Program-made: the position numbers and the translations under genes
Notes under the pieces: generated by a model
Seen by the model: the letters and a program-made list of their open reading frames with translations, nothing else
Database searches by the model: none
Told to the model about the DNA's origin: nothing
Assembly (NCBI GenBank): GCA_036675585.1
Contig: JAKFES010000042.1
Span: forward strand, 14,635 to 78,634
Source: Burkholderiaceae bacterium
GTDB taxonomy: Bacteria > Pseudomonadota > Gammaproteobacteria > Burkholderiales > Burkholderiaceae_E
Length of the DNA stretch: 64,000 nucleotides
Direction: 5' to 3'
Shown: positions 42,184 through 51,638 of the stretch, in pieces
Layout of the letters: each line of letters starts with the position of its first letter
Position numbering within the stretch: position 1 is the first letter of the stretch

Positions 42184-42263
42184 CCGAACGGCACCGGTCG
42201 GCGATCGGAGCACGCAGCACCCGCGCTTCGGGTGCGCCCCCCGGGACCAGCCCGCCACGCGAT

Positions 42264-43376
42264 TTAGCGCGCCCGGTCGAGGAGCTCCCGGACGTACGCC
42301 GCAATCGCCAGCGACGCGGTCAGTCCCGGCGACTCGATGCCGAACAGATTGACCAGGCCGGCGACGCCGTGGCGTTCGGGCCCGTCGATGCGGAAGTCGG
42401 CTGCCGGCTCGCCCGCGCCAACGAGCTTCGGACGGATGCCCGCGTACGCCGGGACCAGCCCGTCGGCGGGCAGCGACGGCCAGTAGGCGCGGATCTGCGG
42501 TTCGAAGGCCGCGACTCTCGATGCGTCGACTGCATAATCGATCGCCGATACCCATTCGACGTCCGGACCGAAGCGCGCCTGGCCGGCGAGATCGAGCGTC
42601 AGATGCACACCGAGCCCGGCTTCGTTGGGCAACGGATAGATGAGCCGGGAGAACGGGGAACGCCCGCGCAGCGCGAAATAATGGCCCTTGGCCAGGTACA
42701 ACGGCGGCACCTCTTCCGCTGCAAGACCCGTGATCGCCCGTGCGACCGACTGCGCCGACAGTCCGCCGGCGTTGATCAGCTCGCGACACTGGACGCGAAG
42801 CTCGGCCGCGTCGGCGGCGATGCGCAGCACGAAGCCCTCCGGACACGGCTCGGCACCGACGAAGGCACTGGCGACGGCGAGCGAAGCACCTCGATCCTGG
42901 GCGTCGCCGAGCAGCGCCCGCATCAGCGCATGGCTGTCGACGATTCCCGTCGATGTCGACCAGAGCCCCGTCTCGGCCTGCAACCGAGGCTCGAGCGAAC
43001 GCAGGGCCGAGCCGTCCAGCAGCGGGAGATCGCCCGCCCCACACGCGGTGGCGCGCGCGCGGATCCGTTCGAGCGCGGGCGCTTGGGAACGATCCGTGGC
43101 GACGATCAACTTGCCGCATCGGCGGTGCGCGACGTTGCGCCGCGCACAGTATTCATACAGGCGACGCGCACCGTCGATGCACAACGCCGCCTTCAGCGAG
43201 CCGGGGTCGTAATAGAGCCCGGCGTGGATGACCTCGCTGTTGCGCGAGCTGGTCTGGGTTCCGAAGGAGACCTCACGCTCGATAAGGACGACTTCGCGCC
43301 CGCTCTGAGCGAGCGCACGGGCAATCGCCAGACCGACGACCCCGGCCCCGACGACGACCGTTTCGATCCGGTCCAT
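42264..43376 (-). CDS. FAD-dependent oxidoreductase, L-2-hydroxyglutarate oxidase (LhgO) family
   Basis: VVGAGVVGLAIARAL, SSRNSEVIHAGLYY, GLGVHLTLDL, NLFGIESPGLTASLAIA. Confidence 0.88.
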   Translation of the reverse strand: MDRIETVVVGAGVVGLAIARALAQSGREVVLIEREVSFGTQTSSRNSEVIHAGLYYDPGSLKAALCIDGARRLYEYCARRNVAHRRCGKLIVATDRSQAPALERIRARATACGAGDLPLLDGSALRSLEPRLQAETGLWSTSTGIVDSHALMRALLGDAQDRGASLAVASAFVGAEPCPEGFVLRIAADAAELRVQCRELINAGGLSAQSVARAITGLAAEEVPPLYLAKGHYFALRGRSPFSRLIYPLPNEAGLGVHLTLDLAGQARFGPDVEWVSAIDYAVDASRVAAFEPQIRAYWPSLPADGLVPAYAGIRPKLVGAGEPAADFRIDGPERHGVAGLVNLFGIESPGLTASLAIAAYVRELLDRAR

Positions 43377-43397
43377 CGCGCCCGAACGATGAACCCT

Positions 43398-45098
43398 TCA
43401 GGCGCCGACCGGATCGGCCGGCTGTTCCACGTGAAACACAGCCTGCAATGCCTCACGGCCCAGCGACTTCGCGTCCTCGAGAATCATCTGTGCCGCCTTC
43501 TCCGCAATCATCAACGTCGGCGAATTCGTGTTGCCCGACGTGATCGTCGGCATGATCGACGCATCGGCGATCCGCAAACGGGCGACGCGATGACAGCGCA
43601 GCCGGGCATCGACGACGGCTCCGGCGCCCACACCCATGTGACACGTACCGACCGGGTGGAAGATCGTCGTCCCGATCGCCCCGGCGGCTTCCGCCAGTGC
43701 CTCGTCGCTCTGCGCCGCCGCGCCGGGCAAGACCTCGTCCGGCGCGTATCGTGCGAGCGCCGGCGCGGCCACGATGCGCCGGGTCAACCGCAGCGCCTCG
43801 ACCGCGACGCGCCGGTCCTCCGCCGTCGACAGATAGTTCGGCGCGATCCTCGGCGCAGCGAACGGATCGGGCGAGACGGCGTCGACGCGCCCGCGCGCCG
43901 TCGGCTTGAGGTTGCAGACCGACGCGGTGAAAGCCGGGAAGCGATGCAGCGGCTCGCCGAACCGGTCGAGCGACAGCGGCTGCACGTGATATTCGAGGTT
44001 CGGCCGCGCCTGGTCGTCCGCGGACCGAGCGAAGGCGCCGAGCTGACTGGGTGCCATCGTCATCGGTCCGCGCCGGAACAGCAGGTACTGCAGGCCGATT
44101 CCTGCACGGCCGCTCCAACGGCTGGCGCGTTCGTTCAGCGTGGCAACGCCGCGCACCCGATAGATCATCCGCAATTGCAGATGATCCTGCAGATTCGCGC
44201 CGACGCCCGGCAGCGCGACGCGCGGATCGATCCCGGCGGCGCGCAAGCGCACCGGGTCGCCGACGCCCGAGCGCTGCAGCAGATGAGGGGTGCCGATGGC
44301 GCCGGCCGACAGGATCACCTCGCGATCACAAAGTGCATACTTGCTCTCGCCGGAAGGCCCGCCAATTCGATACTCGACGCCTTCGACTCGGGGCACCTCG
44401 CCGTCGGACAGGCGAAGCCGCATCGCGTGCGCCTGCGTGCGCACGACCAGGTTCGGGCGCTGCAGCGCCGGCCGCAGGAACGCTTTCGATGCGTTCCAGC
44501 GGATACCGCGCCGCTGATTCACGTCGAAATACCCGCAGCCGAAATTATCCCCGCGGTTGAAATCGTCGGTGCGCGCAATCCCGCTTTGCGCCGCCGCGTC
44601 GCGGAACGCATCGAGGATCTCCCAGCGCAAGCGCTGTCGTTCGACCCGCCATTCGCCGCCGTGCCCGTGCAGCGGGTCGTCGGTCCCGCCATCGCGCGAC
44701 CAGTGGTTCTCGTGGCGCAGAAAGAAGGGAAGCACTTCGTCCCACGTCCACCCGTCGTTGCCGGCGGCGGCCCACGCGTCGTAATCGCCGCGCTGGCCGC
44801 GCATGTAGATCATCCCGTTGATCGACGAGCATCCGCCGAAACCCTTGCCCCTCGGGTAGCCGATCGTGCGACCGCCGAGCCCCGCTTCGGCTTCGGTCCG
44901 GTACAACCAGTCGGTTCGGGGGTTCCCGATGCAATACAGGTAACCCACCGGAATGTGGATCCACAGGTATCGATCCTCGACCCCCGCCTCCAGGAGCAGC
45001 ACACGGGTGCGCGCATCGGCCGAGAGCCGGTTCGCCAGCAGGCAACCGGCGGTTCCGGCACCGACCACGATGTAATCGAAGCGTTCGTCGGTCGGCAC
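43398..45098 (-). CDS. GMC-family oxidoreductase (choline dehydrogenase-like)
   Basis: DYIVVGAGTAGCLLANRLS, GGCSSINGMIYMRG, VGANLQDHL, FHPVGTCHMG, SGNTNSPTLMIAEKAA. GTG start inferred. Confidence 0.92.
   Translation of the reverse strand: MPTDERFDYIVVGAGTAGCLLANRLSADARTRVLLLEAGVEDRYLWIHIPVGYLYCIGNPRTDWLYRTEAEAGLGGRTIGYPRGKGFGGCSSINGMIYMRGQRGDYDAWAAAGNDGWTWDEVLPFFLRHENHWSRDGGTDDPLHGHGGEWRVERQRLRWEILDAFRDAAAQSGIARTDDFNRGDNFGCGYFDVNQRRGIRWNASKAFLRPALQRPNLVVRTQAHAMRLRLSDGEVPRVEGVEYRIGGPSGESKYALCDREVILSAGAIGTPHLLQRSGVGDPVRLRAAGIDPRVALPGVGANLQDHLQLRMIYRVRGVATLNERASRWSGRAGIGLQYLLFRRGPMTMAPSQLGAFARSADDQARPNLEYHVQPLSLDRFGEPLHRFPAFTASVCNLKPTARGRVDAVSPDPFAAPRIAPNYLSTAEDRRVAVEALRLTRRIVAAPALARYAPDEVLPGAAAQSDEALAEAAGAIGTTIFHPVGTCHMGVGAGAVVDARLRCHRVARLRIADASIMPTITSGNTNSPTLMIAEKAAQMILEDAKSLGREALQAVFHVEQPADPVGA
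43423..43438. other. parS site 4 (inside the 3' end of the GMC gene)
   Basis: TGTTCCACGTGAAACA; encodes VFHVEQ on the minus strand. Confidence 0.85.
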
Positions 45099-45100
45099 GA

Positions 45101-46258
45101 TCAACCCATGCGGATGACCTGGCGGATCGACTCGCCGCGAGCGAGCCGGTCGAGCGCCGGGTGAATCTCGTCGAGCGTGATGCGCTCGGAGAGCAGTTGG
45201 TCGACCGGGAGCAGCCCGGCGCGATACATCGCGATGAAGCGGGGGATGTCGCGCGAGGGAACGCACGATCCGAGGTAGCTGCCCTTCAGCGTACGTTCCT
45301 CGCCGATCAGCGAGACCGCCTGCAGCGGCCAGCGCGCATTCGGATTGGGCAGTCCGGCGGTCACCGTGGTCCCGCCCGGGCAGGTGATCCGGTACGCCAG
45401 CTCGAGCGCATCGACGCTGCCCGCCATCTCGAACGCGTAGTCGACGCCACCGGAAGTCGCCTCCTTCACTTGCGCGATGATGTCGGGAGAAGAGGCATCG
45501 AAGCAGTGCGTTGCGCCCAGTTCGCGCGCCTTCGCCAGCTTCGACGCGAGCCGGTCGACGGCGACGACGGTGCGCGCCCCCGAAGCGCGCGCAGCCAGCA
45601 GCGCCGAGAATCCGACGCCGCCCAGACCGACCACCGCGGTCGACGAGCCCGCCTCGACCCGGGCCGTGTTGACGACGGCGCCCGCGCCGGTGATGACCGC
45701 GCAACCGAACAGCGCCGCCTCGTCCCACGGCAGGTCGGCATCGATTCTCACCGCCGAGCGGCGCGAAACGGTCGCGTACTCGGCGAAGGCGGCGCACCCC
45801 AAGTGATGGTGCAGCGTGGCGAGCGCGCCGCCGTCCGTGCGCGATGCGACCGGGTGCAAGCGCCGGTATCCGCCGAGCAGCGACCCGGTCGCGTTCGATT
45901 GCCCGCCGGGGATGCACAGCGCGGGGCGCCCGACGGCGCAGCGGGCGCAACTGCCGCAGCCCGGGCGAAAGACCAGCGCGACGTGATCGCCGACCGCGAG
46001 GTCCGTCACGCCGTCGCCCAGCTCGACCACCTCGGCGGCGGCTTCGTGGCCGACGACGATGGGCATCGGCCAGGGCCGATCGCCGTTGATCGCCGACAGG
46101 TCGGAGTGACAAAGCCCGGCCGCGCGAATGCGCACCAGGATCTCGCCGTACCCCGGCCCATCGAGCTCGACTTCCTCGATCGACAGCGGCCGGCTCTGCG
46201 CATACGGTGCCGGCAGCCCCGTTTCGCGCAGCACCGCCGCGCGCATCCGGATCGTCAT
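45101..46258 (-). CDS. Zinc-dependent alcohol dehydrogenase (MDR family)
   Basis: GLCHSD, VGHEAA, CGSCARCAVGRPALC, ALFGCAVITG, VGLGGVG. Confidence 0.92.
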   Translation of the reverse strand: MTIRMRAAVLRETGLPAPYAQSRPLSIEEVELDGPGYGEILVRIRAAGLCHSDLSAINGDRPWPMPIVVGHEAAAEVVELGDGVTDLAVGDHVALVFRPGCGSCARCAVGRPALCIPGGQSNATGSLLGGYRRLHPVASRTDGGALATLHHHLGCAAFAEYATVSRRSAVRIDADLPWDEAALFGCAVITGAGAVVNTARVEAGSSTAVVGLGGVGFSALLAARASGARTVVAVDRLASKLAKARELGATHCFDASSPDIIAQVKEATSGGVDYAFEMAGSVDALELAYRITCPGGTTVTAGLPNPNARWPLQAVSLIGEERTLKGSYLGSCVPSRDIPRFIAMYRAGLLPVDQLLSERITLDEIHPALDRLARGESIRQVIRMG

Positions 46259-46313
46259 TGTTCTTCTCCCGTTCGAGGCGCGCCCGGGTCTCGGCGGCGC
46301 GCCAAACCGCGCT

Positions 46314-47777
46314 TCAGATACCCGCCAGGCAGACGTACTTCACTTCCAGGTACTCGTCGATCCCGTATCGCGACCCTTCGCGCCCGAGCCCCGATTGCTT
46401 GACGCCGCCGAACGGCGCCTCGGCGGTGGAGATCAGTCCGGTGTTCACGCCGATCATTCCGGATTCGATCGCCTCGGCGGCGCGGAAGATCCGCCCGACA
46501 TCGCGCGAATAGAAATACGCCGCGAGCCCGAACTCGGTGTCGTTGGCCATCGCGATCGCCTCGTCGTCGGTCTCGAACGGAAACAGCGGCGCGACCGGCC
46601 CGAAAGTCTCCTCGCGCGCGACGCGCATCGACGATTTCACGCCGGTGAGGATCGTCGGCTCGAAGAACCGCCCGCCCAGTGAATGGCGCTTGCCGCCGAG
46701 CGCGACTTTCGCCCCCTGCGCGAGCGCGTCGGCGACGTGCTCCTCGACCTTGCCGACGGCCGCATCGTCGATCAGCGGCCCGATCACGACGCCGTCCTCG
46801 ATGCCGGGCCCGACCTTGAATTGCCGCACCCGCGCCGCGAGCTTGCGCGCGAACGCGTCGTAGACGCCGTTCTGCACGTAGATGCGATTCGCGCAGACGC
46901 AGGTCTGCCCCGCGTTGCGGTATTTCGACGCGATCGCACCCTCGACGGCGGCGTCGAGATCGGCGTCGTCGAACACGATGAACGGCGCATTGCCGCCGAG
47001 CTCGAGCGAGAGCTTCTTGATCGTGTCGGCCGATTGGCGCAGCAGGATGCGGCCGACCTCGGTCGACCCGGTGAACGACACCTTGCGCACCCTGGTATTC
47101 GTGCACAGCTCCTCGCCGATCTTCGACGATTGCGTGCCGGTGACGATCATGTTGAACACGCCCGGCGGAAACCCGGCCTGCTCGGCGAGCTCGACGAGCG
47201 CGAGCGCCGACAGCGGCGTCGCGCCCGCAGGCTTGGCGACGACCGTGCATCCGGCGGCGAAGGCCGGCGCCACCTTGCGCGTGATCATCGCGATCGGGAA
47301 GTTCCACGGCGTGATCGCCGCGCACACGCCGATGCCCTGCTTGATCGCGAGCAGCCGCCGATCGGAGGCGGTCGTGGGAATCACGTCGCCGTAGGCGCGC
47401 CGCCCTTCCTCGGCGAACCATTCGATGAACGACGCCCCATAGGCGACTTCGCCGCGCGCTTCGGCCAGCGGCTTGCCCTGCTCGGTCGTCATCAGCAACG
47501 CGAGATCCTCGGCGTGCGCGAGCACGAGGTCGTACCACTTGCGCAGGATCGCGCCGCGCTCCTTCGCGGTTTTCGCGCGCCAGCCCGGCAGCGCGCGCGC
47601 CGCCGCGTCGATCGCACGCCGCGTCTCGGCCACGCCCATGTCGCTCACCTCGCCGACCGTCTCGCCGGTGGCCGGATCGGTCACGCGAAAGCTCGCCGCC
47701 GAATCGGCATCGACCCAGCGTCCGTCGATATAGCCGTTTCGCTTGAGCAGCCGCATGTCCTTCAATTGCATCGTCAT
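46314..47777 (-). CDS. gabD: NAD(P)-dependent succinate-semialdehyde dehydrogenase
   Basis: ITPWNFP, SFTGSTEVG, LSLELGGNAPF, YRNAGQTCVCAN, EETFGP, FGGVKQSGLGREGS. Confidence 0.9.
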   Translation of the reverse strand: MTMQLKDMRLLKRNGYIDGRWVDADSAASFRVTDPATGETVGEVSDMGVAETRRAIDAAARALPGWRAKTAKERGAILRKWYDLVLAHAEDLALLMTTEQGKPLAEARGEVAYGASFIEWFAEEGRRAYGDVIPTTASDRRLLAIKQGIGVCAAITPWNFPIAMITRKVAPAFAAGCTVVAKPAGATPLSALALVELAEQAGFPPGVFNMIVTGTQSSKIGEELCTNTRVRKVSFTGSTEVGRILLRQSADTIKKLSLELGGNAPFIVFDDADLDAAVEGAIASKYRNAGQTCVCANRIYVQNGVYDAFARKLAARVRQFKVGPGIEDGVVIGPLIDDAAVGKVEEHVADALAQGAKVALGGKRHSLGGRFFEPTILTGVKSSMRVAREETFGPVAPLFPFETDDEAIAMANDTEFGLAAYFYSRDVGRIFRAAEAIESGMIGVNTGLISTAEAPFGGVKQSGLGREGSRYGIDEYLEVKYVCLAGI

Positions 47778-47808
47778 CGTCTCTTCTCCCGGAAAACGCG
47801 CGGCACGG

Positions 47809-48141
47809 TCATCGCCCGCCCGCGAACTTCAACCCCAATACTCCGGCAACGATGAGCCCGATGCACGCGAGCCGCGTTGCGCTCGCGGATTCTCCGAGCA
47901 ACACGATGCCGAATATCGCGGTCCCCGCTGCGCCGATTCCGGTCCAGACGGCATACGCCGTGCCGGCCGGCAACACCCGCATCGCCAGCGCCAGCAGCCA
48001 GAAACTCACGGCCGCCGCCACCACGACGACGAGCGAGGGAACGAGCCGGGAGAATCCGTCGCTGTACTTCAGGCCGAGCGCCCAGACCACCTCGAACAGG
48101 CCCGCGACCACGAGCCAGAGCCACGCCTGCGAGACGTTCAT
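47809..48141 (-). CDS. SMR/DMT-family small multidrug exporter (SugE/Gdx-like)
   Basis: [22 protein letters not shown] (membrane Glu), [14 protein letters not shown]. Confidence 0.9.
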   Translation of the reverse strand: MNVSQAWLWLVVAGLFEVVWALGLKYSDGFSRLVPSLVVVVAAAVSFWLLALAMRVLPAGTAYAVWTGIGAAGTAIFGIVLLGESASATRLACIGLIVAGVLGLKFAGGR

Positions 48142-48145
48142 TCGG

Positions 48146-49744
48146 TCATTTCATCGTCGGCATCGTGAACTCGGCGCCGGCGCGAATGCCGGCGGGCCAA
48201 CGCTGCGTGACGGCCTTGAGCTTGGTGTAGAACCGCACGCCCTCGGGACCGTGCATGTGGTGGTCGCCGAACAGCGAAGCTTTCCAGCCGCCGAACGAGT
48301 GAAACGCCATCGGCACCGGAATCGGCACGTTGACGCCGACCATGCCGATCTGGACCCGGGCGACAAACTCGCGCGCGGCGTCGCCGTCGCGCGTGAAGAT
48401 CGCGCACCCGTTGCCGTACTCGTGTTCGTTGACGAGCGCGAGCGCGCGCTCGAACGACTCGGCGCGCACGATCGACAGCACCGGGCCGAAGATCTCGTCC
48501 CGATAGATCGCCATCCCGGGTTCGACCGCGTCGAACAGCGTGCCGCCGAGGAAGAAACCGTCGCCGCCGTCGGGCGCGGCGACAGCGCGTCCGTCGACGA
48601 CCAGGCGCGCACCCTCGGCGACGCCCGCGTCGATGTAGTGCAGCACTTTCTCGCGATGCGCGGCCGTGACGAGCGGGCCCATCTCGGCGTCCGGATCGGT
48701 GCCCGCGCCGATCCGGATGCGCGGCACACGCTCGGCGAGCCGCTCGACGAGCGCATCGGCCACCGGCCCGACGGCGACCGCGACCGAAACCGCCATGCAC
48801 CGCTCGCCGGCCGACCCGTACGCCGCGCCGATCAGCGCATCGACCGCCTGGTCGAGATCGGCGTCGGGCAGCACGACCATGTGGTTCTTCGCGCCGCCCA
48901 GCGCCTGCACGCGCTTGCCGTGCCGCGAAGCGGTCTCGTGGATGTAGCGCGCGATCGGCGTCGATCCGACGAAACTGACCGCGGCCACGCGCGGATGCGC
49001 GAGCAGCGCGTCGACCGCCTCCTTGTCGCCGTGCACGACGTTGAACACGCCGTCGGGCAGCCCCGCAGTGCGCAGCAGTTGCGCCATCAGCAGAGACGCC
49101 GACGGATCACGCTCGGACGGCTTGAGAACGAACGCGTTGCCGCACGCGATCGCGACGGGGAACATCCACATCGGCACCATCGCCGGAAAATTGAATGGCG
49201 TGATGCCGACGCACACGCCGAGCGGTTGGCGAAACGAATAGGCGTCGACGCCGGTGCCCGCCTGCTCGCTGTACTCGCCCTTGAGCAGTTGCGGGATGCC
49301 GCAGGCGAACTCGACGACTTCGAGGCCGCGCTGCACCTCGCCCCTGGCATCGGAGAACACCTTGCCGTGCTCGGCGACGATCGCCGCCGCGATTTCATCG
49401 GCGTGGGCCTCGAGGAGCTCGCGGAAACGGAACAGCACGCGCGCGCGCCGGATCGGCGGCGTGGCGGCCCACGCCGGAAATGCCTCGCCGGCCGCGCGCA
49501 CCGCGGCGTCGACGTCCGCGGCCGTGCCGAGCGCGACGCGAGCCGTCGCCCGGCCGGTCGCCGGGTTCCACACCGTCGCATAGCGCGTTCCGGCGTGCGC
49601 CGCCGGCACCGCCCCGCCGATCCAGTGTCCGATGTCGTTCGCCACCGCATCGGGCCGCCTCGCGTCCCCGGTCGGCGAATCGCCGACCTCGCGCGACCGC
49701 GTCGCGAGCGGAGTCGAACCGCCCTGGTTGTACTGGCTGCCCAT
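48146..49744 (-). CDS. mmsA: CoA-acylating (methyl)malonate-semialdehyde dehydrogenase
   Basis: [54 protein letters not shown]; GAGGAGG SD before ATG 49744. Confidence 0.9.
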   Translation of the reverse strand: MGSQYNQGGSTPLATRSREVGDSPTGDARRPDAVANDIGHWIGGAVPAAHAGTRYATVWNPATGRATARVALGTAADVDAAVRAAGEAFPAWAATPPIRRARVLFRFRELLEAHADEIAAAIVAEHGKVFSDARGEVQRGLEVVEFACGIPQLLKGEYSEQAGTGVDAYSFRQPLGVCVGITPFNFPAMVPMWMFPVAIACGNAFVLKPSERDPSASLLMAQLLRTAGLPDGVFNVVHGDKEAVDALLAHPRVAAVSFVGSTPIARYIHETASRHGKRVQALGGAKNHMVVLPDADLDQAVDALIGAAYGSAGERCMAVSVAVAVGPVADALVERLAERVPRIRIGAGTDPDAEMGPLVTAAHREKVLHYIDAGVAEGARLVVDGRAVAAPDGGDGFFLGGTLFDAVEPGMAIYRDEIFGPVLSIVRAESFERALALVNEHEYGNGCAIFTRDGDAAREFVARVQIGMVGVNVPIPVPMAFHSFGGWKASLFGDHHMHGPEGVRFYTKLKAVTQRWPAGIRAGAEFTMPTMK

Positions 49745-49858
49745 TGTCGCCTCCTCGCCGCGCCGGTTGCGCCGCATCCTCGCATTGCCGAATCACCGAA
49801 TCGCCAGTCTAGTCGCCCGGCGATCCCCGAGCCGTCGACGCGGCCGTAGAATCCGCCG

Positions 49859-50884
49859 ATGCAAGCCGACGATGATCCGCACGCCTTCGCCGAGCGCGAC
49901 GCGCCCGGCGTGCCCGCAGGCGCGCACGCACGGCGCCCGATCGCCGTCACGATGGGCGACGCCTGCGGCATCGGCCCCGAGATCGTGCTCAAGGCCTGCG
50001 CCGACCCCTCGCTCGCCGGGCCGCTGCTCGTGGTCGGCGACCCCGACTGGTTCGCACGCGAAGCCGCCCGGCTGTCGCTGCCACCGCCCGCGCGCCTCGA
50101 TGCCGCCGTGTCGCTGCCGCGCGATCTGCCGGTCGGACGGGTCGACGCGCGGGCCGGCGACGCCGCCTACCGCTGCATCGTGCGCGCCGCGCAACTCGCG
50201 CTGCGCGGCGAAGTGCGCGCGATCGTCACCGCGCCGATCGCCAAGGAGGCGATGCACGCGGCCGGGCACCGCTTCCCCGGCCACACCGAGTTGCTCGCCG
50301 AGTTGGCCGGCGGGGTCGAGGTGCGGATGATGCTGGCCAATCCGGAGCTGCGCACCGTCCTGGTCTCGATCCACGTCGCGCTGCGCGAGGCGATCGAGCG
50401 GCTCGATCGCGCCGCGGTCTTGCGCACGATCGAGATCGCCGACGCGTCGATGCGGCGCGCCGGCCTCGAACGACCGCGAATCGCCGTGGCCGGACTGAAT
50501 CCGCACGCGGGGGAAGGCGGACTCTTCGGCCGCGAAGAGATCGACATCATCGCGCCGGCGGTCGCCGCGGCCCGCGAAGCCGGAATCGAAGCGAGTGGCC
50601 CCTTCGCTCCCGACACCGTGTTCATGCGGGCGCGCGGCCTGCGCGAATTCGATCTCGTGGTCGCGATGTATCACGACCAGGGCCTGATCCCGGTCAAGTA
50701 CCTGGGCATCGACGACGGGGTGAACGTGACGCTCGGCCTGCCGTTCGTGCGCACGAGTCCCGATCACGGGACGGCCTTCGACCGCGCCGGCCGCCCCGGA
50801 CCCGACGGCCGCGGCCTCGCCGATCCGGCCAGCCTCGTCGCCGCCATCCGGCAGGCCGACGCGCTCAGCGCCGGCCGGGCCTAG
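49859..50884 (+). CDS. pdxA: 4-hydroxythreonine-4-phosphate dehydrogenase (PdxA family)
   Basis: TMGDACGIGPE, TAPIAKE, PGHTE, LNPHAGE, MYHDQGL, RTSPDHGTAFD. Could be a PdxA2 paralog. Confidence 0.88.
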   Translation: MQADDDPHAFAERDAPGVPAGAHARRPIAVTMGDACGIGPEIVLKACADPSLAGPLLVVGDPDWFAREAARLSLPPPARLDAAVSLPRDLPVGRVDARAGDAAYRCIVRAAQLALRGEVRAIVTAPIAKEAMHAAGHRFPGHTELLAELAGGVEVRMMLANPELRTVLVSIHVALREAIERLDRAAVLRTIEIADASMRRAGLERPRIAVAGLNPHAGEGGLFGREEIDIIAPAVAAAREAGIEASGPFAPDTVFMRARGLREFDLVVAMYHDQGLIPVKYLGIDDGVNVTLGLPFVRTSPDHGTAFDRAGRPGPDGRGLADPASLVAAIRQADALSAGRA

Positions 50885-50910
50885 CGTCCCTCGTCGAAGC
50901 GGTCGCCCAC

Positions 50911-51591
50911 TTGCCCTTGGCGTCGCTTCCCCCCGCGCTCTTCGGGATCGCGTGGCTTCTTGCCGTCGCCGCCGGGATCGACGCGGTACGCCGCAGCCGG
51001 GGCGAGCCGTCGCTGCGCGAGCATGCCGTGTGGGCACTCGCTACCGTAGCCATGCTGCTTGCCCGGCAGCTATACGTGACGATGCCGGGCGGCGTCTCGC
51101 TGCAATATCTCGGCGCAGCCTGGCTGACGCTGCTGCTCGGCTATCCGCGCGCAGTGACCTCGATGCTGCTGATCACGCTGCTCGACGGTGCGCACCATGG
51201 CCGTCCGCCGCTCGCGCTCGGGCTCGACGCGCTGCTCTTCGGCGTGGCCCCCGCGTGGATGATGTGGGCGATTACTCGCGTCATTCGGCGCCGATTGCCG
51301 GGCAACCTGTTCGTCTTCCTGATCGGGGTCGGATTTCTCGGGCTGTTCGTCGCCTACGCGTTGCCGCTGCTCGCCGCCGCGCTGCTCGGCGCAATCGCGC
51401 TCGTCGCGGGCGGCGTCGACCCGGCATCGACGCACACGCTGCTCGAGTACGGGCGCCTGGCGCTGCCCTATGCGTTGCTGCTCGCCGCCGGCGAAGCATG
51501 GCTCGAAGGCATGTTGACGACGCTGCTCGTCGTGTTCGCGCCGGGCAGCGTGCGCCTGTTCGACGAGGCGCACTACCTGCCGCGGCCCTGA
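50911..51591 (+). CDS. CbiM-like / ECF-type membrane protein
   Basis: Six TM segments; GVSLQYLGAAWLTLLLG, NLFVFLIGVGF, EAWLEGMLTTLLVVFAPG. Confidence 0.6.
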   Translation: MPLASLPPALFGIAWLLAVAAGIDAVRRSRGEPSLREHAVWALATVAMLLARQLYVTMPGGVSLQYLGAAWLTLLLGYPRAVTSMLLITLLDGAHHGRPPLALGLDALLFGVAPAWMMWAITRVIRRRLPGNLFVFLIGVGFLGLFVAYALPLLAAALLGAIALVAGGVDPASTHTLLEYGRLALPYALLLAAGEAWLEGMLTTLLVVFAPGSVRLFDEAHYLPRP

Positions 51592-51638
51592 AGCCCCCGC
51601 ATTCGCGCCGCGCCGCCGCCGGCCGGGGCCGCGCTCGC

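Noticed and set aside
48141-48146. Guanidine riboswitch upstream of the SugE/Gdx-like SMR gene
   Set aside because: Only 4 nt separate it from mmsA, and no ykkC or mini-ykkC motif was seen.
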